This document shows positions 20,949 through 33,299 of a stretch of 64,000 nt of DNA, one piece after another. Origin of the DNA: Microthyrium microscopicum (taxonomy: Eukaryota). The translations under genes were made by a program, and so were the position numbers. Under the pieces are notes generated by a model, which was given only the letters and a program-made list of their open reading frames with translations, ran no database searches and was not told the origin of the DNA. The stretch is from the NCBI GenBank assembly GCA_010405405.1, contig MU004246.1, positions 62,001-126,000 of the forward strand. Reading direction: 5' to 3'. Numbering within the stretch: the stretch's first letter is position 1; the number at the start of each line of letters is the position of its first letter.

Positions 20949-23900
20949 ATGAATCATGTAAGTCCTTCAAGCTTCCAATCATCTGGATTTCTCCCTCCAT
21001 TGCGCGCTTGTCGCTACCCGTTGCCCTGTTCCTACCCGTGGCAAATCCCCTTTGGCAATGGTTGCCTTACATGCCCTGCTTCCATACCCACTATCAACCG
21101 ACACCTTGACTTTTGTCTTCGATCAATCTTCTTGGTCTGATCTTGTCCGCGCCCGAAGTCATCATGGACCCAGAATGCATGCTAATCAATATTCCCCAGC
21201 TTTCATCCGAAATGAATGTAGACCAATTCCAGGCAGAGGGCGACGTACATGTCATCACAACCCCCGAAGATTCGGTGATAGATGAATCCGAGAAACGGGA
21301 AGAAGATGTCACCCCTTCACTCGCCGCCGATGATTTCGAGGCTATCAAAGCCGCTTACATGCCTCCTCTTACCGACCTAGAAACTCTCGACGAAGCGCAT
21401 CACACTTGGGATATTGAAGGCTGGCGGACAATGCCCAGACGTGAGCATGGTCCAACCTTTACTTGCGCTGGGTTTCCCTGGCGTGTTCTCTTCTTCCCTT
21501 TCGGTAACAACGTGGAGTATGCATCCTTTTACCTAGAGCACGGATTTGAAGACAACAAGCCTCCCGAGGATTGGTACGCCTGTGCGCAATTCCTTTTGGT
21601 TCTGTGGAATCCAAAAGACCCGCGCATATTTCAACAGCATACTGCGACACATCGCTTTACATCGGAGGAAGGTGACTGGGGCTTCACGCGATTTGCCGAA
21701 ATTCGGCGTTTGTTCGACAACAAGTGGGAAAGCTTCGATCGAAGCTTGGTTGAAGATAACAGCGCCAAACTCACAGCCTTCGTCCGAGTAGTCAAAGATC
21801 CAACCGGTGTTCTTTGGCATACCTTTAATAACTACGATTCCAAGAAGGAGACTGGAATGGTCGGATTAAAGAACCAAGGAGCCACATGCTATCTCAACTC
21901 CCTACTGCAGTCTCTTTACTTCACAACCGCTTTTCGAAAGGCTGTCTATCAAATACCTACGGATCTTGATGAGAATGCTCGCGAAAGCAGTGCATATGCC
22001 TTGCAGCGCTTGTTTCTACAATTACAGACTGCAGAAAGTGCAGTCCCAACAAACGAGCTTACTGCTTCTTTTGGATGGAGTTCTAGAGAAATATTCGAGC
22101 AGCAAGACGTTCAGGAGTTGTCTCGTGTTCTCATGGAGAAACTGGAAGAGAAGATGAAGGGCTCAGAGGCAGATCACGCCCTAGCGAGAATGTTCGTGGG
22201 CAAAACCAAGACTTATATCTCTTGCATCAATGTCGACTATCAATCCACCAAGATCGAGGAATACTGGGATGTCCAACTCAACGTGGCGCAAATGACCGGC
22301 TTAGATATGAGTTTCGCAAAATATATTGAACCAGAGCTCATGGACGGTGAGAACAAATATCAAGCTGAAGGTCATGGGCTTCAAGACGCAAAGAAGGGTT
22401 CCATTTTCGAGAGTTTCCCATCAGTACTTCACCTGCAACTGAAACGATTCGATTACGACTGGCAACGAGATGTCATGATGAAAATCAATGATAGATTTGA
22501 ATTCCCAGAAACCTGGGATGCGTCACCTTACCTCTCCGAAGATGCCGACCGATCGGAACCATATATTTACAAGCTTCATGGCGTTTTAGTTCACAGCGGT
22601 GATTTACACGCCGGTCATTACTATGCCTTTTTGAAACCTGAGAAGGACGGACATTTCTACAAGTTTGACGACGATCGCGTAACTCGCGCAACACTCAAGG
22701 AAGCCATCGATGACAACTTTGGTGGTGAATATCCTACGGTCAATGGTGCGCCCCCTCGGAATTCCACAGCGAAACCGCTTAAGCGCGTTAACAGCGCGTA
22801 CATGTTGGTTTACATTCGGGAATGTCATTTGGATAGAATATTGCTCGCGGATGAAGTGGTACAGCCACCTGCTGCTGTTGGTATGTACACTGATGAAGAC
22901 GAATGACTCTTGACTAATAAAATCTAGCCACCCGATTTGCCGAGGAAAAGCTACAGATTGAGAAGCGCAAGAAGGAAAAGGAAGAGGCTCATCTCTACAT
23001 GGACATTACAGTCTGCACCGAAACCAACTTTCAACATCATCAAGGATTTGATCTCATCCCCACCGCGTCTATAGAATTGACCGATGATGCTGCGAATCCA
23101 AGCGTGATTCGGGTCAAGAAAAAGACATCCATGTCCGAGTTTATCGAAATCTTTGCCTCTCAGGCCAATCTGGATCATACCGTGCTACGGCCGTGGTGCA
23201 TGGTTAACCGCCAAAATGGCACCACTCGCCCTGACACGCCCTTAACAGACCTGGAAATGACGGTGGAAGAAGCAACCAGTAAATTCGGGCACAAGAATGC
23301 TCTTCGGCTTTGGATGGAGAATGCCGTATCTAAAGACAAGGATGGCAAACCTCTTTTCGGCGATGCAACTATCGATATAGTCGGCCGTGGAGGCAAAGAG
23401 GGCGACAAGCCCATCGTTTTGTTCCTCAAGTTCTTTGACGTTGACAAGCAAACCCTCTATGGCATCGGTCACTTTTATGCTATCACAGCAGAACGCGTTC
23501 AAGACCTTAGTTCTGAGATCTTACGGTTAATGAACTGGCCAGCTGGCACCGCTTATAAGATTTTTGAGGTTTGTTAATCCTTGCTATAGCAAACAATCCG
23601 TTCTAATCAAGCGACAGGAAATCAAGCACAACATGATTGAGCCTATGAAGCCCAAACTCACACTACACCAAGCGGAGCTACAAGATGGCGACATTCTCAC
23701 AGTGCAGCGAGTTATTTCGGAATCAGAGTAAGCCTTCTCTCTTTATGACGACGATATATATCTAACAACACTAGGATGCCTGTAATACAGCGCAAGTTTA
23801 CAGAAGTAAGAGAATTCTATGATTACCTTCTGAACCGGACGACTGTTCGTTTTGCGCCGAAGAATAACGACGGCGAAGACTTCGTACTAGCACTCAACAA

Positions 23901-24844
23901 GAAGCTGATGTACGATGACTTTTCTCGCGCCGTCGGAGAGCATTTGAACATGGATCCGCGGTATTTGCGCTTTTCCACTGTCAACCACCAAACTGGCCGG
24001 CCGAAACAGACGATTCGGCATACCATCAACTACAACTTGGGGCAAATACTCAACCCTTCTACTTATAGTGCATACGGCGCTTCAGTTAGAAGCGATGCGC
24101 TGTATTACGAAAAACTGGAGTGCACCATGGCGGAACTGGAGCAACGCCGATCAATGAAGGTGACATGGCTCCCAGAAGGCCAGTCGAAGGAGGTAAGTCG
24201 TATGTTGTCCTGTTCTTATCACCTACTGACCTCAACAGGAACTATACGAGCTACTGGTCAAGAAGCAGGGCTCTGTTGCCGATCTTATTGATCTCTTGGC
24301 ACTAAAAGCTGGCATTTCTGAAGAACTGAAACCACGGATCCGTCTATTCGAGGTCCATGGCTACCGTCACCAGAAGGATCTTCCACCCGCAGGAGCCGTG
24401 ATTAATCTGAACGACTATGCGACGATATATGCGGACCTTCGTGGTGAAGATGAGCTTCAGCTTGACGACAAGGAATTTGTGGCCCAAGCCTTTAGCTTTG
24501 AAAAAGAACCTAACAAGGCTCATGGTTTCCCATTTTCGTTCGTGGTCCGCGAAGGCGAACTTCTCAGTGCAACAAAGGAACGACTTTCGAAACGGATGAA
24601 CGTCAAGGGCAAGGCGTTCGAGAAGATAAAGTTTGCAGTTGTGCCAAAGACTGGATATGGCAAGCCGGAACCTCTAACTGATGGTATGTCGTTCTTATAA
24701 CTTACTATTTCGTCTTCATAAGCTAACAAGCTCCCAGAGGATGTTCTTTCAGACAAGCTGACCGCGAACGACTTCCTTGGTCTGGACTACCCTGCGAAAA
24801 GCCGCGGCTACCTTGGCAAGGTAGACCAAATTCAAATACGGTAG
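20949..24844 (+). CDS. UBP15: Ubiquitin C-terminal hydrolase USP7/Ubp15 (MATH + C19 peptidase + UBL domains), multi-exon
   Basis: MATH domain (WRVLFFPFGN, DWGFTRF); Cys box GLKNQGATCYLNSLLQ; His box HSGDLHAGHYYAF. Probable 9-nt first coding exon (ATG AAT CAT) with intron 20958-21199; stop at 24842-24844. Confidence 0.93.
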
Positions 24845-25449
24845 TCAACAAGTTGTTTCAATCCTTACTTTGTATACTTATCGATACCGGCCTGTTCTCC
24901 TCCACCCCAGACCTGCACCAGCGATGTTTACAGTTTGAAAAGTTCAATGCATACTCTGTACACGGTAGCAAGCGGGCGGAAGGCACTCAGGTCACTTGTT
25001 TAGGGAAGGGACGTGGAACTTTTCTTTTTGGCCCTGTTATGATAGATGATTGCGAAAGGCCATTGGCAATAGATGGTGGAGAAGTATTCTTATGCGTGTG
25101 GATGGAGGTGTATACGTAGTGTGTGCTACGGTCAATATTATAACCCGCATGATTTCCATGCTTGCGTTTTGATACAACTTTGCCTTGCTCTCTTTCAGAA
25201 AGAAACAAAATACCTGTCATTGTAAGCTTGTCGATAATGATGGATCAAATTCTGGATGAATCTCAGCCTCAGCCTTGCGCAAACAAACTATTCTCAAAAA
25301 GGCTAGATGGTCCTGGTAGTTATGCTTATTCAGCAACAACGCATTGACCACGTCTCCTTGAAGCTCAACATTGACAACTTTCGCGATGCACATCTCCTTT
25401 CCATCCATCCCATCTCCCTCTCGCACTCCACCACCGAATTGAAGTCGCA

Positions 25450-26322
25450 ATGTATCTACCGAAAGTCCTATCGATATTAGCGCCTCTGGTGTCACTTGTT
25501 TCATGTACGGCCTTGACGTACAAACTCCAGGCTCATGAGAAGGCTTGCTTCTTTACGGATGTTCAGACTAAAGGCGCAAAGGTCGCTTTTTATTTCGCTG
25601 TATGTTTTCCTCGATAACTGCCCTTCCGATCATATCTACTTGGCTCTCCGGACCGATGCTTTCTTGGACAGACAGCTTCACTTCGCGGGCAGGCTTCACT
25701 TCGCGGGCAGGCTTCACTTCGCGGGCAGGCTTCACTTCGCTCAGCAAGCTAATCAAAGATACAAATAGGTTCAATCTGGCGGCTCCTTCGATGTCGACTA
25801 CAGCGTAATAGGACCTAACGAGCGTACCATCATGGAAGGCGCCAAAGAGCGACAAGGCGACTATGTGTTTACTGCCAATGACGTTGGCGAGTATCGCTTC
25901 TGCTTTAATAATGAGATGAGCACTTTTGCGGAGAAGATGGTTGATTTTGAAATCGCTGTATGTTCCCCAATTCCCCATTGCCCCATAACACCCGTTCTTC
26001 CCAAGTTCAATTTCTAACGACTTCGTCGTAGGTCGAAAACGAAGCCCGCGCCAAACTCCCCTCCAAACAAGGCTCCTCCTCCGAACAGACCAGCGTCCTC
26101 GAAGAATCCATCCTCAAACTCTCCTCCCAGCTCTCCACCGTCAGCCGTCAGCAGAAATACTTCCGGACGCGCGAGAATCGAAACTTTAGTACGGTGCGGA
26201 GTACGGAGAAGAGGATTTTCAACTTCAGTATTGCGGAGAGTGCGTTGATGGTTACGATGGCTGGGTTGCAAGTGTTTATTGTACGGTTCTTCTTTCAGGG
26301 CGCGAGGAAGGGGTATGTGTGA
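25450..26322 (+). CDS. p24/emp24/gp25L (GOLD) cargo receptor, gamma (Erp2/Erp3-like) type, 2 introns
   Basis: Signal peptide MYLPKVLSILAPLVSLVSC; HEKACFF...VAFYFA|VQSGGSFDVDY; GEYRFCFNNEMS; QKYFRTRENRNFSTVRSTE; TM followed by FFQGARKGYV*. Confidence 0.92.
25675..25740 (+). repeat. 18-bp minisatellite (GCTTCACTTCGCGGGCAG x3.7) inside p24 intron 1
   Basis: Three perfect units plus a 12-nt partial unit, read directly. Confidence 0.95.
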
Positions 26323-26582
26323 ATTATGCGGGTTTGGGGAGCAGGGAAGATTGTGGCTGTTTTACGCTGAGCGGTGTCAAGGGCGCTGGAGTTCTGGTGG
26401 TTATGGCGAGACTCCTAGGCATTGGAAGTTTTTGCACTGTGAAACTATCTTGTATAATGTAGGACAAGGCATGGATATAGAAATATACTATATTCTCCTA
26501 TCTACCTACGCAATATCATGCAATGCTACGCTATAAACCCATATGCTATGCTTCTGCTACTCAAACAATCTCCAGTCCAAAC

Positions 26583-28262
26583 TCAAGACACAGTCATAGG
26601 CGCAACCTTCTTTGGCTTCTTCCTCACCATACCCGCACCCAACACGTTGACAGCCGCTGGCTCCGCAGCGTCAACTTTCGGCCTCTTGACTTCCAACGTC
26701 GTGATTTCCGGCGCATCTGCACCCTTCTTCCTCTTCACGCCCAAGACGTTTACCGCACTCATCCCATTTGCCTCCGCATTGGTCTCCTTCGGTGGCGCCA
26801 GTGCTCCTGTGATTTGTATACTCCATTCTCCCTTCTCACCAGCAAGCACACCCAACTCCACGATCCATGTTCGCGTACTCTCAGCCGCTACCTGCGAAGT
26901 ACTAAAGTCCAGCCGTAACAATAGGTCATGGGCTCTTTGATACTGTGCTTCGCTAAGAACTACACGGCCCCGTGAGGTAGTCGGCCAGGTATACCAGGGC
27001 GTGTCAGCTTGCGCGTTTATGCGCGAGGGACGGAGAATGTGCGGCAGTTTGATTGGGACGCGACCTGTTCGACGTTTCTTGGTTTGGCGGGTTGGGAGGG
27101 GAGTCTTCATGGGTGTTTTGGGAGGTTGTATGGCTTTGGGTCGGGGTGTGGAAAGGGACGTAGATGGAATGGTGGATGCGTTCGTATCAGAGAAAGGTGA
27201 GGAGGGAGGCGTAAAAACAATCCATAAAAAGCCTACCATCCTGCCGGCCGCACATTCACTTCGGTACGCCATCATTTCCCAGAACATATCGAGACTTTTT
27301 ACGCTTTTCCATGCGCCTGTGCCTCTTTTGCGTGGACTCGCTTCCGTTCCTTGACTGCCGGCGTCGGGAAGTTCGTCGTCTAGTTCTGTGAGATACCGCG
27401 CTTTTGGATCATCGGGGAAATGCGGTATCAGACATCGTGGCGGCGCATGTGCATGCCGCGATAATTTCTGAAGTGGATGACCATGTGTCCAGCGCGCGCG
27501 CAAAGAAGGATTGCTGCGTGTGTTGGGTGGGAGGTAAGGCGTTATGGAATCTTCGCCGGGTATTATGAGGTAGGCTTGAGCTGTTGTGGTGTTGGATGAG
27601 GAGGGACATGTCGAGGGTGGCGTTGGGAGGGTGCTGCTGGTGCTCTTATTGCTTATGATGGGGTTTGAAGGAGACGCTTCAGGAGCATAATCCTCAATCA
27701 GCGGTCCAAGAACCCGACACCACCACCTAACAAGCTGTCTATCATCAAGAACATGTTTCCCCACATTCTCACTAGAGCCCGGATACAGATACTGTGCGCT
27801 GGCGCGCGCGAAGAGGCTGAGGATGAGTTTGATGTTTGGCCTTACGCGGTGTGCTATGAGCCAGGCGATGAATGCGCGCGCGATGGTACGTAGAGGGGAT
27901 TCCGAGCGTAGCGAAGAGGTGGCCGAGCCATTGACTGAGGTTTTGGTGGTGGACGCGTTGGGTTGTGATATGTAGCCCGTAGAATCCGCCTTGCTAACAA
28001 ACAGCGTAGTCGCATAACGCGTCGAGTAAACGAGGCATTCGATAGCTAGTATAAACACCTCCTCTCCTGCGGAGCCAATGCTGACCTGCAGTAAATGGCT
28101 CTCACAGAACGTCCTTTCCGGCTTCGTATTTGGGGGTGGAGAATATATAGGATCGCAGCGCGTTGGTGGAGTGCTGATGTGATAGATGGTGTATGCATGG
28201 TTTTTTGGAAGGACGGATGCGAGGGCGTCGGCGAGGGATTTTGAGGGATGTGAGGAGGCCAT
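26583..28262 (-). CDS. RTT109: Histone H3K56 acetyltransferase Rtt109
   Basis: FVSKADSTG, LSLFARASAQYLYPGS.EN..KHVL.DRQLVRWW, IPHFPDDPKARYL, FWEMMAYRSEC, C-terminal VNVL..GMVRKK. Confidence 0.93.
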   Translation of the reverse strand: MASSHPSKSLADALASVLPKNHAYTIYHISTPPTRCDPIYSPPPNTKPERTFCESHLLQVSIGSAGEEVFILAIECLVYSTRYATTLFVSKADSTGYISQPNASTTKTSVNGSATSSLRSESPLRTIARAFIAWLIAHRVRPNIKLILSLFARASAQYLYPGSSENVGKHVLDDRQLVRWWCRVLGPLIEDYAPEASPSNPIISNKSTSSTLPTPPSTCPSSSNTTTAQAYLIIPGEDSITPYLPPNTRSNPSLRARWTHGHPLQKLSRHAHAPPRCLIPHFPDDPKARYLTELDDELPDAGSQGTEASPRKRGTGAWKSVKSLDMFWEMMAYRSECAAGRMVGFLWIVFTPPSSPFSDTNASTIPSTSLSTPRPKAIQPPKTPMKTPLPTRQTKKRRTGRVPIKLPHILRPSRINAQADTPWYTWPTTSRGRVVLSEAQYQRAHDLLLRLDFSTSQVAAESTRTWIVELGVLAGEKGEWSIQITGALAPPKETNAEANGMSAVNVLGVKRKKGADAPEITTLEVKRPKVDAAEPAAVNVLGAGMVRKKPKKVAPMTVS

Positions 28263-28974
28263 TGCGGCGAGAATAGCGAAGCAGGAGAGGTAAGACAAGT
28301 ATCCAAATATATCTTATATGATGAGAAGTGTGGTAGACTGGTGGTGGTGGAAGTAGTGGTGAGAGATGAAGTTGGATGAATGTTGAAATTGAGGCTGAGA
28401 CTAGGACTATTTCGGAATGTCGAAGTTATGGATCCGACTATGCGAACTTTTAGGTTATTTCTTTATTTAAGTATCTTCGTCTCTCATCATTATTTTCAAT
28501 GCGATATTTGACAAAGTTAACACTGGTGTTTTTCTCAATGGGCTGGTTGGAGTCAGAATGTCATTCAAGTGAAGCTCAATAAGATCTCACCCATTGAGCA
28601 GCTGTCCGCAACAACAACCACAACCACAATACTAAGTTGAATATATCAATTTCTTTTACGATAACTATTCAGACTAGGTATAGAACAAGAAACAGCATCC
28701 TAACATAACAGAAATAGAGTGAACAATTCGCGCCCAAAACCCTGCTAGAAATGCCACAAGGTCATAAGTCGTTCCGTATAATTCATTATCATCGTTTTGG
28801 TCAAAGTATATGCCGCAGAATTTGCTTGCCATGATCTCATCTTGCTTGCAACTGGCAAGCACCCATCTAACAACCGCCCCGGCGAAGCAAGGCTTTCTCG
28901 TATAAGAATGGCTTGATTTCTCAAAGCCCAGAAAAGTGAAAATCTCATCTTTCGTGATGCAGTGAGCGTCGTCT

Positions 28975-31053
28975 CTAGCGTCTTCGTCGACCGTCACGGG
29001 TATCAACTATGATTTCTCGCTCATAGTAGCGGTCGTTGTATCTTGGACGGCGCAGGTTTTCGCGCTCCCATTCTATTTCGCGAATACGTCTGCGGCGTTC
29101 GCGACGGATGTCATCGGATAGTTCTACTAGTTGAAGAACGTCCTCCTATGCAGCTGTTAGTTGAATGTTGTTTCAATGGAAAGAATGGTACATACGTATT
29201 TCAGATATTCCATGACGTAGAAGAAGAACTCAGTCTCTTCATACTGATAGCCGAAAGCGTCAATGGCATCTTTCAGCACCAAGTCTTTGGTGATTTCGGT
29301 CCACATATCAGTAGGACGTCGAGTAGGTGGCGGTGAAGCAGCTGGTGGTGGAAGTGGTGCGGGCGCAGGTGCTGGAGAAGGTGATCGTTGTCGTTCGGGC
29401 ATACCGAAACCACTATCAAACTCCCGATCTCCAGAAATGAATTTGGCTCGACGGACACCATTATAGCGCTGCCATGTCACTTCTTGGCTGCTGCCGCCTA
29501 CACCATCCATTCGAATGCGTTCAGTGCCAGGCGGGACATCGACAATATTCCAGTCTTGCGTGGCACCGTTTTTGGCTTCACCGACATACGCTCGCTCCAT
29601 CTGCTTGCGATTGTAGTATTCGGCTTCTTCCTCGAGATCATCATCATAGCGCCGTCTAGGCGCACTAAGCGAACGATGGCGGACCATGGCATTCTCATTG
29701 GTGCTGACATGTATGTCTTCCTCAAAATCACCACGGCGACCACTGGTATAGTCAGTATTTTTCTTTAAATATTACAAAGACGTTCTTACCGTCGCTTAAT
29801 ATCTATCTCAATCTCCTCCTTCATTGCAGGAGGCGGCGGGGGAGGTGGTGGTGGTGGTGGGCTTGGGGATTTCGGCGGAGGCAATGGCTCTGGACTCCAT
29901 GCTCGCTCTACACCTTCGAATGATTAGTTGGATTCCTTGAAAAGCATTCATTGGTTTTCTTACCATGATCAATGTGACGATGATGAGTTATGATCTCTTG
30001 ATGGATCTCTTGATGAATTGGTGGTCGAATGATTGGTGCTGGAGGTGGTGTAGGCTCTCGGGGTGGTGGCAGTGGGCTAGGACTTCTCTCCTTCGTTCTA
30101 CGAATAATGATCTCGTCTTCTTCCACTACCGGTGGTGGTGGTGGCGGCGGCGGGCTAGGAGTTCTCGGTCTTCGTCGGCGAATAATAACCTCATCCTCAT
30201 GTACCTCACGTCTAGGCGGAGGCGGTGGTGATGGGCTTGGAGTTAGAGAGCGCGGCTTTCGTCGACGAACGACAATCTCTTCGCTTTCCCGTCCTAACGG
30301 ATAAGTTCCTCCTCGAGTTGGTGGTGGCATGGTTTCATGGCGAACCGGGGGTCGACTGTGAGAATGACGGATTTGGATGTTTTCCCTCTCACCGAATCCA
30401 CGCCCACGAATGTCAATGTCCTCCTCAAAATCGACTACACTTCTGGTGGAGCGAGGTGTTGGAGCTGGAGGACGACTAGTCTCTCTATGTCGCACTTCGA
30501 TAGTCTCCCGCTCGCCATGATCACGACCACGAATGATAATATCATCCTCATGTTCAACGACCTCCCTAGGCCGTGGCTTTGGTTTTGGCTGTCGAGAACG
30601 ACTATCTTCATGGCGAATTATAATCTCATCTCTCTCAACTTCGCGGGGCCGGCGGCGGGGCGGGGCAGGTTCTGGGCGTTCTTCCTTGCGGATGGTCACA
30701 TCAATCTCTTCTTTTTCCGCATCACGTCTGAAACGATCTCGCTCTCCACGTCGAACAACAATTTCATCCCGCTCAACAGATCTAGCACGACGTGATGGAG
30801 GGCCGGTTGAGCGTTCGCGGATTCTGATAACGTCTTCTTCGACTTCTCTAGGACGCTCTCGGACGACCAGGGCCCCCGCAGTGCGGCCTGAGCGACCGTA
30901 GTCCTCGTCCAGGAAGTCTAGATTTTGCTGTCGGCCATGGCGGAGATCAATATCCAATTCTTCATAATCGCGAACAGAGCCGCGGCCATTGCGATAAACG
31001 TCGCTCCGTCGCTCTTCATATAGATCGGCGACGGGGTATCTTCGACCGCTCAT
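28975..31053 (-). CDS. Conserved fungal R/E/P-rich repetitive protein with C-terminal WTEITKDLV domain, multi-exon
   Basis: Repeated (E/D)EIIIRR units and poly-Pro tracts; C-terminal IVDVPPGT...WQRYNGVRR...MWTEITKDLV...FFYVMEYL.Y|EDVLQLVELS; stop at 28975-28977. Confidence 0.8.
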
Positions 31054-33299
31054 TTCCTAAGGCTGACCGGGAGGTATGACAAGATATGCGGGGTGTCGTA
31101 GTGATCAAAGCGGGAAGAAAAGCGTAGCAGGATGGTAGGAGAGGAGTTGTAATAAGGGAGAAAAGGGAGGATATCAAGAGCAAACGGACAGGAAAAGGGC
31201 AGTGAAAAGGCAGATATCAGAAGTGTGAGAAGATTGTGGAGATCGTCAAGATTTGACTGTCAACAGATTTGGCAGTTACGGGAGAGCGAGCGGGCAGGCA
31301 CGAGGGAAGCCGTCCCACTAGCTACTAAACTAGCGCTCCTTCCACCACTAACAAAAGAAGGAAAGAGCCTTCCAGCCACCCACGTCATCGGTCTTTCCCC
31401 ATGTCAAAATGCTTCGGCCTTGCCTTTTTAGGCCATTGTATGCATGGACCTCCTTGACATGTCTACAATTGGGCACCTGGCCATTGCCCAACCAACCGCC
31501 TACACGCAACACATATAAACTCGTCGTCGTTGGGTCAACCTTACTGTACCTTGGGCTGCATTAATTGCCGCTTGACCGGACATTATACTTTGTTCTTATA
31601 GGCCAAGCAAAGTCAAATATCGCCTGGGCATCCACTATGCCAACCACCATACCGTACATCTACATTCAACCTCATGTAGCCTGATGAACCTCGGTTTCGA
31701 GACGACCTTTTTAAATATTGTCGAGTAGACATGATTCGGTACTTTGAGGAATGCCATGTTTTGATATTCAGTACAAGAGCAAGGAGTTGATCTCAAGAGT
31801 AACGGTTTCTCAGAACATCAAGATGATCCAACGTTCTGTTTCTTAGACGAAGGCGAAAAGCGTCAACTTCCAATATTATGCAAAGCGCACTTCCGGGGTG
31901 TAAGATGTAGCTCTCACATTCAATGATTGCGTCGCTGCAATGACTTCAGCCGGCAACATCAACGAGTCACTGGACGTTTCTTGCATCGTTAAGAGACAAC
32001 GCAAAAAGCAGACCATTCCAAGCGAATTTGGTGAGTAATAAGATCATTGTATCGAACGGAGCTCTATATTGCAAGTCTCCATGTTGTTCAATTCTGCTCT
32101 GACTTCTTGTAATCTCGTCTCTCATGAAATTTCTCTCCATCTTGGACTTTGCTGGGTCATCACGACCATCTTATTCACGCACTACAAAGCTTGCCAGATT
32201 ATAGATCTTTTTCTATCACCTTACCTTATATGACTTCCTACTTACACTATCATGGACTCTATGTAGCAATCCTGCTCACCAAGTCTTCCATGAAGAAGCT
32301 CTACCCATCATGGACTGATGATGAGGTTGATCGACAACGTAAGCTGCTCAAGGGACATGAAGAAGAAGTTCGCATCAAAGGCTGGCAAGAAGCTCTGGGC
32401 CAGATTGTCCGCCTCATATCTGAGGATTCTATATTCCAACGATTTCTGATCAAGCACCCGAATACAAAGCTCAAGCTACTTAATGTATCACTCTTTCTTC
32501 TCCTTTGGGCCATCCGCAGTCCAGTCGCAAGATCTATACGCGGTACTCAGAAACCGAAAACGGCACTCTTCTACTAAGACGCTGATTTTATGAACATTGC
32601 TGCGCTTGATCTGACGACGGACGACGTACAGCCAACTCAAAAAGCTCAATGAACTGGTCCTACAATGGACCGTAAACCAATCCCCTCAATCAAACGAAAC
32701 GCTATCCCAGAACGCAATCCCTTCTTCATATCAGTACCATTAATCACTTCTTGATACTTTCGACTCGTATATCGAACGACAGAAAGCTCACCCTGAACGA
32801 AGTGCGGTTGAAGATCCAGAGTTGATATTGCCAATTATAGACCTCCAAGAGTTCTTCTGGTACCCGAGCGTCAACCATGCCATCAGCAAGATCTTTCTCA
32901 ACATTATGACTAACTCCTTGATAAATGCTTCCACCTTGTGCTAGGCGCATGTTCCTTCCTTGGTTTGAGATGATCGATCTCAGGTGCATGAGCGCCAGCT
33001 ACTTTCACCTTCACTGAGCGAGCTCTTGAGGTAATCGCTATTACCTTAGGAAATTTGACTAGACCGCCTATACCCATTCAGTGAAACTGCGAGTTCGGCA
33101 GAACACGTGAGCGCCTGAATGTTTATCATTGTCCTCGCAATCTACACGATTTGTTAGTTGTTCTTGTACTTCTCCTCGCCTCACCATCAATCCGCACCAC
33201 CACTCAACACAAATCTCACAATTCTGCGCCTGATTGATCTTCTTTTCATTTTCATCACGCCAATACGTTCACTATCCGCATCTGTTTCTTCAGTACAAG

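Noticed and set aside
25568..25978. Minus-strand ORF with EVKPAR repeats
   Set aside because: It is the translation of the intronic 18-bp minisatellite, antisense to the p24 gene.
31940..32990. Possible spliced gene or relic (ATG 31940, donor 32031, 142-aa ORF 32149-32577)
   Set aside because: I could not build a consistent open gene model or recognise a domain.
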